The notes under the pieces were generated by a model that did no database searches, was not told the DNA's origin, and saw only the letters and a list, made by a program, of their open reading frames with translations. 64,000 bases of DNA from Terriglobia bacterium (GTDB lineage Bacteria > Acidobacteriota > Terriglobia > Bryobacterales > Bryobacteraceae): contig JAIQFU010000001.1 in assembly GCA_020073115.1 (NCBI GenBank), positions 27,374 to 91,373 of the forward strand. Direction: 5' to 3'. Below, piece by piece: positions 29,150 to 38,073 of the stretch; the first letter of the stretch is position 1; the number at the start of each line of letters is the position of its first letter. Position numbers and translations under genes: made by a program.

Positions 29150-29555
29150 ATGTCGCAATGCGCGATTAGTCGGGCCGCCCTCGCGCCTGCCGAAACGGCG
29201 CGACGGTGGAAGCGTGCCCCGTTCGCGCTACCGGGAGTGGCTGGGAGCGGCGGGATTGGAGCAAGGAGCCGCCGCTTTTCGGGAGGCAGACCGTCATGGG
29301 CGCATCGACCGCCGGCCCTGCACAAGGACTCCGTCGGGCTGATCGTCAAGCGCGCCGCCGCGCGGATCGGCCTCGATGCCGCGGAATACGCCGGCCACAG
29401 CCTCCGCGCGGGACTCGCCACGCAAGCCTACCTGAACGGGCCAATGAACTGGCCGTCATGCAGCAAAACGGCCACTGTCGCCGGCTACCGTCCGCAGGTA
29501 TATCCGCGACAGTTCCCTGTTCCGTGGCAACCCGGCCGGGAAGCTTGGGCTCTGG
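29150..29555 (+). pseudogene. C-terminal remnant of a second tyrosine recombinase with several frameshifts
   Basis: Pieces in three frames: YREWLGAAGL..FREADRHGRI, then ALHKDSVGLIVKRAAARIGLDAAEYAGHSLRAGLATQAYLNG, then ANELAVMQQNGH and YIRDSSLFRGNPAGKLGL. The N-terminal half is absent. Confidence 0.6.
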
Positions 29556-29560
29556 GCCGC

Positions 29561-30337
29561 CTAAGTTCCCAATCCATTCATGATGTTGCGGAAGCGGGTG
29601 CGGCTGACCTGGTGATCCGCCAGCAGCCGGCCCTTGTAGATGAGGGAAAACGTCGCGTACGGGGTCGGCGCATTCTGAGCATCGCGCCACGACTCGATAT
29701 CGACGACCGAAGGCTTGATGCCGTATTCCTGTTCCGCGGTCTCAGCGATTTCAGCCGCGAATTTCGTTATATACGGACACTGGCCCGCTCGGATCATGGT
29801 CAGGCCTCGGCTATACCGCGCGACCTTTTCATCCCAACCTTTTTTGAATGCCGGATTACGGGCGCTTGCCTTTAGCTTTCGAATGAGTAACTCGTAGTCG
29901 GGTGGCGCGGTGTCGACGCGTTCGAACCCGTTTGCCAGGAACAATCGACGGTCAGCCAGCCAGGGACCCTCCCTGGCGACGACTGCCACGCCGCTCATGC
30001 CGGCCTCGCGAGCGTCATGCAGGCAGGCCTCGACCATGGCGCTTCCCCATCCCCGGCGCTGATGGCGCTTGGAATGATTCCAGAGGCAGTGTATAAACAT
30101 GTAGCCGCCGGCTTCCACTCCGCGCCAGGCGAACTCGCCCGGGAGGTATTCGATGTAGCCGCACGGCTCGCCGCCCGGGTCGAGGAGAACCTTTGCGCGC
30201 ACCCCGAACTGGAAGTTGGATTCCAGCCAGCATTGTTTCGCGCACCGGCCGGGGTGAGCGGTATTCTTGATGCCGCAGCACGGGAATGCCTGGAAGTTCG
30301 CCGGAGTGATGTCGGTCAACAGCGGTTTGAGCGTCAC
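29561..30337 (-). CDS. GNAT-family N-acetyltransferase with C-terminal YoaP-like extension
   Basis: 258 aa. Acetyl-CoA motif RHQRRGWGSAMVEACLHDAREAG. C-terminal part has GQCPYITKFAAEIA. Confidence 0.75.
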   Translation of the reverse strand: MTLKPLLTDITPANFQAFPCCGIKNTAHPGRCAKQCWLESNFQFGVRAKVLLDPGGEPCGYIEYLPGEFAWRGVEAGGYMFIHCLWNHSKRHQRRGWGSAMVEACLHDAREAGMSGVAVVAREGPWLADRRLFLANGFERVDTAPPDYELLIRKLKASARNPAFKKGWDEKVARYSRGLTMIRAGQCPYITKFAAEIAETAEQEYGIKPSVVDIESWRDAQNAPTPYATFSLIYKGRLLADHQVSRTRFRNIMNGLGT

Positions 30338-30631
30338 CGAAGGCCCCTTTCGTAGCGGTCACCCCGAGTGTACTCCCCGGCGCCACAGCCGGGGGCTTGC
30401 CAAACGGGAGCGGCGTTCAGTACTACCCCTCGCCGAACACCCCCCGCCGCAGTACGCGATCACCCGGTGGAGAGCGGCATAGTACCCGGCCCGAAAAGCC
30501 CTCCACGCTATAATGCCCTCAAGCCGGTTCCGGGATAGCGCATTCAATCCCGTTTAACTCTTTTCGATTATTAATCTTAGAGCTTTTCGCCGCGAGCGGG
30601 CAGGCCCGATCCCGGCCTTGGTTCCGTTTGG

Positions 30632-32020
30632 ATGATTCGACTCTTTCGCGTATTCGTTCCCGTTGCGACTCTCACCCTCCTGGTCTCCGAGATTCTGCTG
30701 ATCATTTCGGTCTTCGTATTGACGACCTACGCGTTCCTGGAGTTCGACCCCACCGTTTACCTGCTATACGAACGCGGGCTGGTCCGGATTCTCCTGGTGG
30801 TTCTGAGCTTCCTGGTAGGGTTGCACCTGCAGGACCTGTATTCGCAGGTCCTCGTAAAATCGCGCGTGGCGCTGATGCAGCAGCTATCGCTCGTGGTGGG
30901 TTCCGCTTTTCTGCTGCAAGGGACGCTGAGCTACGTGGATTCCGACCTGAAGCTGCCCCTGCCGATCATGCTCTGGGGCGCCAGCCTGACCGTGGCGGCG
31001 ATCTACTCGTGGCGCGTATTTTTCAGCGCGTATGCTCTCCGGGTGGTGGGGCGGGACCGCCTGCTGCTGGTGGGGAACAGCCCGCTGCTGGAGGATATAG
31101 GAGCCTACACGGAGGAGCATCCCGAAGCGGGAATCCGGGTGGCGGGATATATACGGGAGTGCGGCTCGGACGACGCTCTTCCGGGGGGTAAAATTCTGGG
31201 GCCGATCGCCTCTTTGCGGGACATCGTGCAGGCGACGCAGCCGCGCCGCATCGTGGTGGGCCTCTCCGAGCGGCGCAACCGGGCGCCGCTGGACGATCTT
31301 CTGGCGTTACGGTTTTCCGGGTACATCGTGGAAGAAGCGTGCAGCGCCTACGAGAGAATCCGGGGGCGGATCTGCCTCAAAGAACTCCGGCCCTCGCAAC
31401 TGATCTACTCCGGGGAGCTGGGGCCCCGCCCACAGCATGTTTTGTATCAGAACCTCGTGAATGTGACGCTGGCGGTAACCGGAATCGCCGTCTCGCTGCC
31501 CCTCATGCTCCTCACCGCGCTGGCCATACGGCTCTCTTCACCCGGACCGGTTCTGTACCGGCAGACACGCGTCGGCATGAACGACGTCCCGTTCACGCTC
31601 TACAAATTCCGCTCCATGCGCGTGGATGCCGAAGCGGGCACGGGCCCGGTGTGGGCCTCCAGGCACGACCCGCGCGTCACCCCGGTGGGACGCGTCATCC
31701 GAAAACTGAGGCTGGACGAACTGCCGCAGCTCTTCAATGTCCTGAAGGGCGAGATGTCGCTGGTGGGACCGCGGCCCGAGCGCCCGGAGTTCGTGCAGGC
31801 CCTGGCCGAGCAGATTCCTTACTATAACCAGCGCCACTTCGTACGCCCCGGAATCACCGGATGGGCGCAGATCAACCACAAGTACGGCGACACCATCGAA
31901 GATACGATCGCCAAGCTGGAATACGATCTGTACTACATCAAGAACATGTCCGTGGGGCTGGATACGTACATCGTTTTCCACACCCTGAAAGCCATGCTGC
32001 TGTCGCGGGGAGCGCAGTAG
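30632..32020 (+). CDS. polyprenyl-phosphate phosphoglycosyl transferase (bacterial sugar transferase; EpsB/WbaP-like initiating enzyme)
   Basis: 462 aa. N-terminal TM helices (MIRLFRVF...). Canonical C-terminal motifs [49 protein letters not shown] and PGITGWAQI. Confidence 0.9.
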   Translation: MIRLFRVFVPVATLTLLVSEILLIISVFVLTTYAFLEFDPTVYLLYERGLVRILLVVLSFLVGLHLQDLYSQVLVKSRVALMQQLSLVVGSAFLLQGTLSYVDSDLKLPLPIMLWGASLTVAAIYSWRVFFSAYALRVVGRDRLLLVGNSPLLEDIGAYTEEHPEAGIRVAGYIRECGSDDALPGGKILGPIASLRDIVQATQPRRIVVGLSERRNRAPLDDLLALRFSGYIVEEACSAYERIRGRICLKELRPSQLIYSGELGPRPQHVLYQNLVNVTLAVTGIAVSLPLMLLTALAIRLSSPGPVLYRQTRVGMNDVPFTLYKFRSMRVDAEAGTGPVWASRHDPRVTPVGRVIRKLRLDELPQLFNVLKGEMSLVGPRPERPEFVQALAEQIPYYNQRHFVRPGITGWAQINHKYGDTIEDTIAKLEYDLYYIKNMSVGLDTYIVFHTLKAMLLSRGAQ

Positions 32021-32048
32021 GCGGCGCCCTGATCCTCCCGCTGGAGCG

Positions 32049-32150
32049 GGCTGCAAAGCGGGGACTGGCTCGAATTTCGCCGTTTTTGCGAAACTTCGTG
32101 CCTGTACCCGGTTTGCCCTTTCGCGGATCCTAACTGCGTGGTATTTGCGC
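32049..32150 (-). repeat. family-1 structured intergenic repeat, copy C (29 nt after the PGT stop)
   Basis: gggctgcaaagcggggactggctcgaatttcgccgtttttgcgaaacttcgtgcctgtacccggtttgccctttcgcggatcc...gtggtatttgcgcc. Confidence 0.85.
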
Positions 32151-32230
32151 CAGAGCATCTCCGGGCGCGTGGTGTGCTGTAATAGGTATCTTCCTTCTCG
32201 AAACCCACGAAGCGGCGTTGAAACCCAGGG

Positions 32231-34444
32231 ATGGCGCAGAAAACACACGGGAAACGTTCGGGAACCGCGGGGCGGCCGAAGGCTGTCGCCGCGCCGGATG
32301 AAGACGAGCGGCGCCCGATAGGGAGCGCCGTTCTAGCGGTGAGCGCGACCCACGCCGCCACGAACGGGGAACCAGCCCAAGCCGCGCCCCGGAAGTTCCC
32401 GAAAAAGATCGTATTTCGGACCCTGTGCGGCCTGTTTGCGGCGGTATGCATCTATCGGATCGCGACATTCGCGCCACAGCCGATCGACTCCCCGCGCACG
32501 CTGCGGCATCTCTTATACCCGCTTCTTACTCTCTTCATAAGCCACTATCAGTACACGGAAGTGTTGGCGAAGGACTGGACGAACTGGTGCCTCATCGCGC
32601 TCATCCTTCCGGCGGCCCTGGCGCTATTGAACCTGTATTCCGCCCGGGGAGTATTTCCCCTTCGCGGGCGGGCGGGGCGGATCCTTTGTTCGCGGGCTCT
32701 GTTTTTCGGCAGCCTCGGCGTGGGACTTCTGGTCTGCCGCTTCCCGGTGTTCCTGGGGGGGCCCGCGAATCCGGATGAAAGCCAATTCCTCGCGGCGGCG
32801 CAGAAGCTGTTCGTAGACCCGGTCTTTTTCCGGTCCGTGGATTGCGGATCGACCGGTCCGGGAAATATCTATCCGCTCATGCTGCCGGCGGCGGCCGGCT
32901 TGTCGCCGGATTACGCATCCGGGCGGGTAATCGCGCTGCTTCTGATCCTCTGCAGCCTCTATTTCCTCTATCGGGCGTTCGGAGAATTCGGCGAAGAGCA
33001 CATTGCCCGCATCGCGATCGTGCCGGCGTTCGTATTTTTTTCGGTTGTCTCGCACCCCGATTTCATCCACTACAGCTCCGAGCACGTGTCGTTATTGCTG
33101 ACGTCTCTGGCGGTGTTCGTGGCCGCGCGGACGATCCGCAGGCCGGAGCGCTACCGAGGTCCGATCGCCGGGTTGGGCGCCCTCGCGGCAGTGGCGTTTT
33201 TCAGCAAGATGCAGGCGGTCCCCATCGTGGGCGCGGCGGGGTTGGTGGCGCTGGCCAGGGTCTACTGCACCGAAAAGCGGGTTCGGTTCTGGCGGCCGGC
33301 CGTTTTTTACCTGGCGGGACTGGCGCCGCTCCCCGCCGCAAATGCCGCCGTCTGTTTGGCGGTGGGGGGTTGGCGCACCTTCCTGATGGCGTATATCCGG
33401 GGAAACTGGAACTACCCCGGCGCCGTCCGGAACGCGTCGTTTCTTTCGGACATTTCGCAGTTTACGTCCTATCTTGCGCTGACCCGGGAATTTCAATTCT
33501 ATTTTCTCGGTTTGCTGGTTGTGCTGGCATGCGGGGTCTTTCGTGCGCTGCGGCGCCAGCCGCGCAGCGAATATCCGCTTTTCCTCGAACTCGCCGGCCT
33601 GAGCGTAGCGCTCATCGCCGGCTGGGTGTACCTGGGGTCCTGCGCGCCTTCGGTTTTCGAAATGGCCGTGGTTTTGTGCTTTCTCACCGCGCCCGCGGCG
33701 GTGGTGTTTTTGCTCATCACCGGGGCCGGCGGGGATCCGGAAAAAAACTGGTTTGGCGTGCTGGCCGGCGCCGTCACGTTGGCCGCCACCTACGCGGTCT
33801 ATGCGCCGCACCGCATGTTTCCCCATTACCTGCTGCTGTTGGCCATCCCGCTATGCGCCGTTTCGGGCTGGTTGCTCCTCCGGTGCTACGACCGGGAGGA
33901 ACCCGTTTTGGCGGGGTTCAGAACCATCAAGCCGCGCAGGCGGCTTCCGGGGCTGGCCTTCGCTTTGATCTTTCTGTCTGTACCGTTGGGGGCCGCCAGG
34001 TACCAGGTGAGTTTTTTGCCGTATAACCTCTTTCCGGTCCCTCCTTCCACCCTGGCCTCCGAGGAGGGCGCGTTGATCCAAAAATTGACCCGGCCCGGAG
34101 CGAGTATTGTGGTTTGGGGTTGGAATTCCAGGTTGTACGTCGATTCGGGGCGCACGGCGGCCACACGCGATACGGCCGGCGCGGCGTTCGTATACGGTCC
34201 CGGGAACAGCGACCCGTTTTACCGCGACCGTTTCCTGCAAGACCTGCGCCGGAGGCCGGCGGACCTGCTGGTGGACGCCCTCGCCACCTCCTGTTGTTAC
34301 TTCAACGACAGAAATCAGCACGGCTTCGAGTTGGATCCGCTTATTGCGCAGTACCTGAATTCCCGCTACGTGCAGGTTGCCGAGAAGAACGGGAACCGGT
34401 TCTATCTCCGGCGCGACCTGGCGAAGGGCGCAGGGAAAAACTAA
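32231..34444 (+). CDS. large polytopic membrane protein, GT-C-fold (ArnT/PMT-like, GT39/GT83-type) glycosyltransferase candidate
   Basis: 737 aa with more than 10 hydrophobic helices. NPDESQFLAAA lies after the first helices, where GT-C enzymes carry a periplasmic D-E motif. C-terminal soluble domain. Start uncertain. Confidence 0.6.
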   Translation: MAQKTHGKRSGTAGRPKAVAAPDEDERRPIGSAVLAVSATHAATNGEPAQAAPRKFPKKIVFRTLCGLFAAVCIYRIATFAPQPIDSPRTLRHLLYPLLTLFISHYQYTEVLAKDWTNWCLIALILPAALALLNLYSARGVFPLRGRAGRILCSRALFFGSLGVGLLVCRFPVFLGGPANPDESQFLAAAQKLFVDPVFFRSVDCGSTGPGNIYPLMLPAAAGLSPDYASGRVIALLLILCSLYFLYRAFGEFGEEHIARIAIVPAFVFFSVVSHPDFIHYSSEHVSLLLTSLAVFVAARTIRRPERYRGPIAGLGALAAVAFFSKMQAVPIVGAAGLVALARVYCTEKRVRFWRPAVFYLAGLAPLPAANAAVCLAVGGWRTFLMAYIRGNWNYPGAVRNASFLSDISQFTSYLALTREFQFYFLGLLVVLACGVFRALRRQPRSEYPLFLELAGLSVALIAGWVYLGSCAPSVFEMAVVLCFLTAPAAVVFLLITGAGGDPEKNWFGVLAGAVTLAATYAVYAPHRMFPHYLLLLAIPLCAVSGWLLLRCYDREEPVLAGFRTIKPRRRLPGLAFALIFLSVPLGAARYQVSFLPYNLFPVPPSTLASEEGALIQKLTRPGASIVVWGWNSRLYVDSGRTAATRDTAGAAFVYGPGNSDPFYRDRFLQDLRRRPADLLVDALATSCCYFNDRNQHGFELDPLIAQYLNSRYVQVAEKNGNRFYLRRDLAKGAGKN

Positions 34445-34455
34445 CGGAATGATTA

Positions 34456-34498
34456 GCCACAGAGGAATACGGATAACGCAAAACGTCTTATCCGTGGG
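34456..34498. terminator. hairpin related to the ACGGATAA/TTATCCGT repeat family between convergent genes
   Basis: acggataa-cgcaaaacgtc-ttatccgt, flanked by gccac...gtggg. It lies between the stops at 34444 (+) and 34546 (-). Confidence 0.5.
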
Positions 34499-34545
34499 TC
34501 CGCCGGCCGGCGCTCCCTGCTTGCGCGGGGTGAGGCCCGCTCGGA

Positions 34546-35973
34546 CTATCGCTGCTTTCGCGGCGCGACAGGCCCTATGGAGAAAACCGCGGCCGGCTTA
34601 GCCGCGGCCCAGGGGCGGCCGCCGGCGGTTGCTCCGCTGGCGGCGGAAAGAGTTTCCCTTTCCCCGATCTCCCGGCGAGCGGCCAGGGCGAGCGCCACCG
34701 CGAACCCCCCCAGCGCCGGCATGTAAAACGTATAGGCCAGGCTCAAAAATGTGCTCGCCACGCAGTAACCCACCATCCCGAGCATCACGCACAGTGCGGC
34801 GTTCCGGATATCGTTACAATCGTCCCGCCGGCGGCATTGATTGTAGGTCGAGTGGAACAGCAGAAATGTCGAAACGATTCCCGCCAGGTAGGCAATCAGC
34901 GCGGGGATGCCGCATTCGCTCGAGATTTCCACGTAGGTGTTGTGTGGCACCAGCCAGAGTTTCTCCGCCTGGCCCGCGACGTTCTGGAACTGCGCCGGTC
35001 CGACGCCCAAAAAGGGATGGCGCAGCGTCTCGGCAACGCCCCGCTGGAGCGTTCGCTGCCGCAACATCATGGACTCAACCGCCTCGGTCGCGCCCGCGGT
35101 GTCCATCCGCAAAGCGCGCAGGCGGGTCCAGACGGAGCTCGGGACCACGGTCAGAAGAAGCAGCAGCGCCACCGGAACGGTGATGATCACCGCCGCACGC
35201 CAACGTCCCGGCGCCCGCACCAGAAGGAAGAGTAAGCACGCCAGTAGGGCGATGCCGGCGCCTCTCGAGGCGGTCATCAGGATCATGTAACAGCCGAGCG
35301 CGAAAACCCCGAGCGCCGGAACCCGCAGCCACCTGGATCGCAATCCCACCCACAACACAAAGGGAAGCACCAGCAGCAGGTGCGCCGCGTAGTCGTTGGC
35401 ATTGGCCATGGTGCCCAACTCCAGCGCCATCCGCGCCCCCTCGCGCCCGCCTCGCATCAGGAACCCTGCTAACACGCTGACGACGGCGCCCCATGCAATG
35501 GCATGCAGCACCGATCGGCACTCCCGCCAATTCGAGGCCAGCCCTCCCAGGATGAACATCATCGGGTACTCGACCAAAGTGAACCCGACGACCGTGGTCA
35601 ACGACCCTCCGCGCCACGTGCTGAAGGGGACGGCTGCCATCAGCCACAGCGCATAGAGACTCCAGTACAGCGCCGGATGGCCCCGAAACGTGCGCCGGAG
35701 ACCTCCGGAAAGGGCTACCCCCAGCATCACCGGCAATCCCAAAAGGGGAATCAGGTGGAAGTTGACGTGCGTCAGCTTGAGCAGAAGGAAGTGAAACATC
35801 CCGAACCGCAGGAAGATCAGCCCCAGCGCGATTTTGAACGCGACGTGGCGGAGCGGGTTGTTCTCCGATTGATCGCTGGCGGCCGAAGGCGCCGCGGGCG
35901 CCCGATAGCTGGATTGGAGCGCGGTTGGGGACAACGAGAGACCTCGGCAACTCACGATAACACACAGAGACAA
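34546..35973 (-). CDS. O-antigen ligase / Wzy-like polymerase family membrane protein
   Basis: 475 aa, multi-pass. Wzy_C-like segment TASRGAGIALLACLLFLLV followed by a large loop and further helices. Start uncertain. Confidence 0.7.
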   Translation of the reverse strand: MSLCVIVSCRGLSLSPTALQSSYRAPAAPSAASDQSENNPLRHVAFKIALGLIFLRFGMFHFLLLKLTHVNFHLIPLLGLPVMLGVALSGGLRRTFRGHPALYWSLYALWLMAAVPFSTWRGGSLTTVVGFTLVEYPMMFILGGLASNWRECRSVLHAIAWGAVVSVLAGFLMRGGREGARMALELGTMANANDYAAHLLLVLPFVLWVGLRSRWLRVPALGVFALGCYMILMTASRGAGIALLACLLFLLVRAPGRWRAAVIITVPVALLLLLTVVPSSVWTRLRALRMDTAGATEAVESMMLRQRTLQRGVAETLRHPFLGVGPAQFQNVAGQAEKLWLVPHNTYVEISSECGIPALIAYLAGIVSTFLLFHSTYNQCRRRDDCNDIRNAALCVMLGMVGYCVASTFLSLAYTFYMPALGGFAVALALAARREIGERETLSAASGATAGGRPWAAAKPAAVFSIGPVAPRKQR

Positions 35974-36071
35974 AACGATCTTTAGTTACTGTTAATCATC
36001 TCGTTTTCAGGCGCGCAGTCTGTTACTCTGGCTGCTGCCGGGGCGCGCGGAGGGGGAGCCCGGTTACCAGA

Positions 36072-37328
36072 ATGGACGCGGAAAAAGCGGAAGTGATCCT
36101 GATTGCCTACCACTTTCCGCCGGATCCCGCCATCGGCGGCGCCAGGCCGTACCGGTTCTACAAATATCTCAAACGGGCCGGACGCCGCTGCCACGTGATC
36201 ACTGCCGCTCCCCAGGCGGACGGCGCCGCTCCGGATATCCACTTTGTCCCCGATCCGACTGCCGCATTCTGGGCTTCCCCGGTCAAGCGCCGCCTTCCTC
36301 TCAAGGCGCAGATCGAGCGCGCGGTCCGCAAATACGCCCTCCCGGACACGGGGATGGCATGGGCGCTCGATGCGGCCCGGGGGTGCCGGGAGATTCTCCG
36401 GCGGAATCCGGGGCGAAGGTTCGTAGTCTTCTCGTCGTATCCGCCCGCGGGATCGCTCCTGGCGGGTTTTCTAACCGCGCTTCGCCAGAACATACCCTGG
36501 ATTGCGGATTTTCGGGATCCCCTCGTCAACTTCGACGCCGCCCGCTTCCCTCTGGCCAGTCCTGTGTTTTTCGGGTTGCGGGCGGTAACGGCCCGCACTG
36601 CCGGCGCGATCGTGGCCAACACCGGACCGCTGGCGGAGCAGTGGGCCGAAGCGTTTCCACGGCGGAAGCCCAAAATACACGCCATCTGGAATGGGTTCGA
36701 CGCCGAAGAGCGGTCCTCCGCGCGGCCCATCCCGGAGCGGCCTTACCGGCTGCTGGTCCATGCCGGCGTGCTCTATGTGGGCAGGAATCCCAATCTGATT
36801 CTCGAATCCCTGGCGAGGCTGCGGGCAAAGTGCGCGGAGACGCGCGGAATACGGATGCTGCTGGTGGGATGCGTCGGATACAATTCGGGGCTCGACCAGG
36901 AACTCTGCCGGCGCGGCGTCCAAGAGGAATGGCTGGACTTCCGCCCCGACAACATTCCCCGGGACCAGGCGCGCCAGATCAGCGAAGAGGCGGATTTCCT
37001 GCTGCTGCTGCAACCGCAAAGCAAGGTACAGGTTCCCGGAAAGCTCTTCGAGTACCTGGCTATCGGCCGGCCCATCCTCGCCGTCGCGCCGCCGTCGTCG
37101 GCCGCCGAATACATCCTCGCCAATGCCGGCGTGCCGCACGTGTGCATTCATCCCGGCGATCCGCCCGATGCCGTGGACGCCAAGTTGCTCCAATTCTTCC
37201 GCCTTCCCTCCACTCCGGTCCGCTTCAATGCCTGGTTCGAGGATCTCTTCGAAGCCAAGAGGCAGGCGGCGCAACTGGATTCGATTATCGACAGCCTGGC
37301 CCGGAAAACGGGTAATATAAGCTCTTAA
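36072..37328 (+). CDS. GT-B fold glycosyltransferase (GT4/WcaI-like)
   Basis: 418 aa. VILIAYHFPPDPAIGGARPYRFYKYL, and C-terminal FEYLAIGRPILAV. Confidence 0.75.
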   Translation: MDAEKAEVILIAYHFPPDPAIGGARPYRFYKYLKRAGRRCHVITAAPQADGAAPDIHFVPDPTAAFWASPVKRRLPLKAQIERAVRKYALPDTGMAWALDAARGCREILRRNPGRRFVVFSSYPPAGSLLAGFLTALRQNIPWIADFRDPLVNFDAARFPLASPVFFGLRAVTARTAGAIVANTGPLAEQWAEAFPRRKPKIHAIWNGFDAEERSSARPIPERPYRLLVHAGVLYVGRNPNLILESLARLRAKCAETRGIRMLLVGCVGYNSGLDQELCRRGVQEEWLDFRPDNIPRDQARQISEEADFLLLLQPQSKVQVPGKLFEYLAIGRPILAVAPPSSAAEYILANAGVPHVCIHPGDPPDAVDAKLLQFFRLPSTPVRFNAWFEDLFEAKRQAAQLDSIIDSLARKTGNISS

Positions 37329-37368
37329 ACACTCGGGCCGCCATCGGCGCGGCATTTGGGGTTCACCG

Positions 37369-38055
37369 TTGCGGATCAGGGGGATTGCGCTGGATCTGGA
37401 TGGCACTTTGTTCGGCCACGCAGCCGTCCGGCGGCATATGGCCATGCGGATCGCGGCATTCGCGGCGCTCCATCCGCGCCAGGGGTGCGAGGCGATGCGA
37501 GCCATCCGGGCATACCGGGAGGCCCAGGAGCAGATTCGGAAATCTCCAGGCGGAAACGTCGCCTCCCGGCAGGTCGAGCTCGCGGCCGAGCGGGCCGGGC
37601 AGCCTGCCGAGCGGGTGGCTGCGACGGTGCGGCGCTGGATGGAAGAGGCGCCCCTGGCGGCGGTGCGCCGCGCCCGGTTTCCCGGCGTGATGGAGTTCTT
37701 CCAGTGGGCGCGATCGGCGGGCCTCCCGTTGGCGGTTGTTTCCGACTACCCCGCCCGAAAGAAGCTGGACGCGCTGGAATTGGCGCCGTACATCACGGCC
37801 ATCGTGACTGCGCAGGACGCCGATGTGGACAGCTTCAAGCCGAACCCGGCGGGCCTGCTCAAGGCGCTGGCCCTTATGGCCGTAGAGCCGCATCAGGCTG
37901 TTTTCGTAGGCGACCGCATGGAGGTCGACATGGCGGCCGCGGCGGCCGGCGGGGTCCCGGGAGTCCTGCTCGGGAATTGCTCCGCCGCCCCGGCGGGCTT
38001 CACTTCATTACCCACCTGGCCCGCGGTGCGCGCGTGGGTGGCGGCCCGGACATAG
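37369..38055 (+). CDS. HAD-superfamily hydrolase (phosphatase, subfamily IA-like)
   Basis: 228 aa. Motif I IALDLDGTLF, motif II AVVSDYP, K at FKPNP, motif IV FVGDRMEVDM. The ORF-track start is TTG. Confidence 0.8.
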   Translation: MRIRGIALDLDGTLFGHAAVRRHMAMRIAAFAALHPRQGCEAMRAIRAYREAQEQIRKSPGGNVASRQVELAAERAGQPAERVAATVRRWMEEAPLAAVRRARFPGVMEFFQWARSAGLPLAVVSDYPARKKLDALELAPYITAIVTAQDADVDSFKPNPAGLLKALALMAVEPHQAVFVGDRMEVDMAAAAAGGVPGVLLGNCSAAPAGFTSLPTWPAVRAWVAART

Positions 38056-38073
38056 GAAAGGGGAACCAATCGC

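Larger units (their letters stand above)
21900..30400. mobile_element. integrated plasmid-like element or composite island (iterons, repA, AAA ATPase, tyrosine recombinase, RES-Xre TA, integrase remnant, GNAT); boundaries approximate
   Basis: A block of replication, recombination and TA genes with no role in glycan synthesis, sandwiched between glycosyltransferase genes. No att repeats or tRNA target identified. Confidence 0.5.

Noticed and set aside
21870-30380. Candidate att direct repeats for the island: ccgagtctgtactgcgg at 21870-21886 versus ccgagtgtactccccgg at 30364-30380
   Set aside because: The match is imperfect and short (about 14 of 17 positions) and easily arises by chance in GC-rich DNA. 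It needs a computational repeat search and an empty-site comparison.
30509-30514. TATAAT hexamer about 115 nt upstream of the PGT start as a promoter -10 box
   Set aside because: There is no convincing -35 element at appropriate spacing, and promoter consensus for this lineage is unknown to me. A single hexamer is not sufficient evidence.
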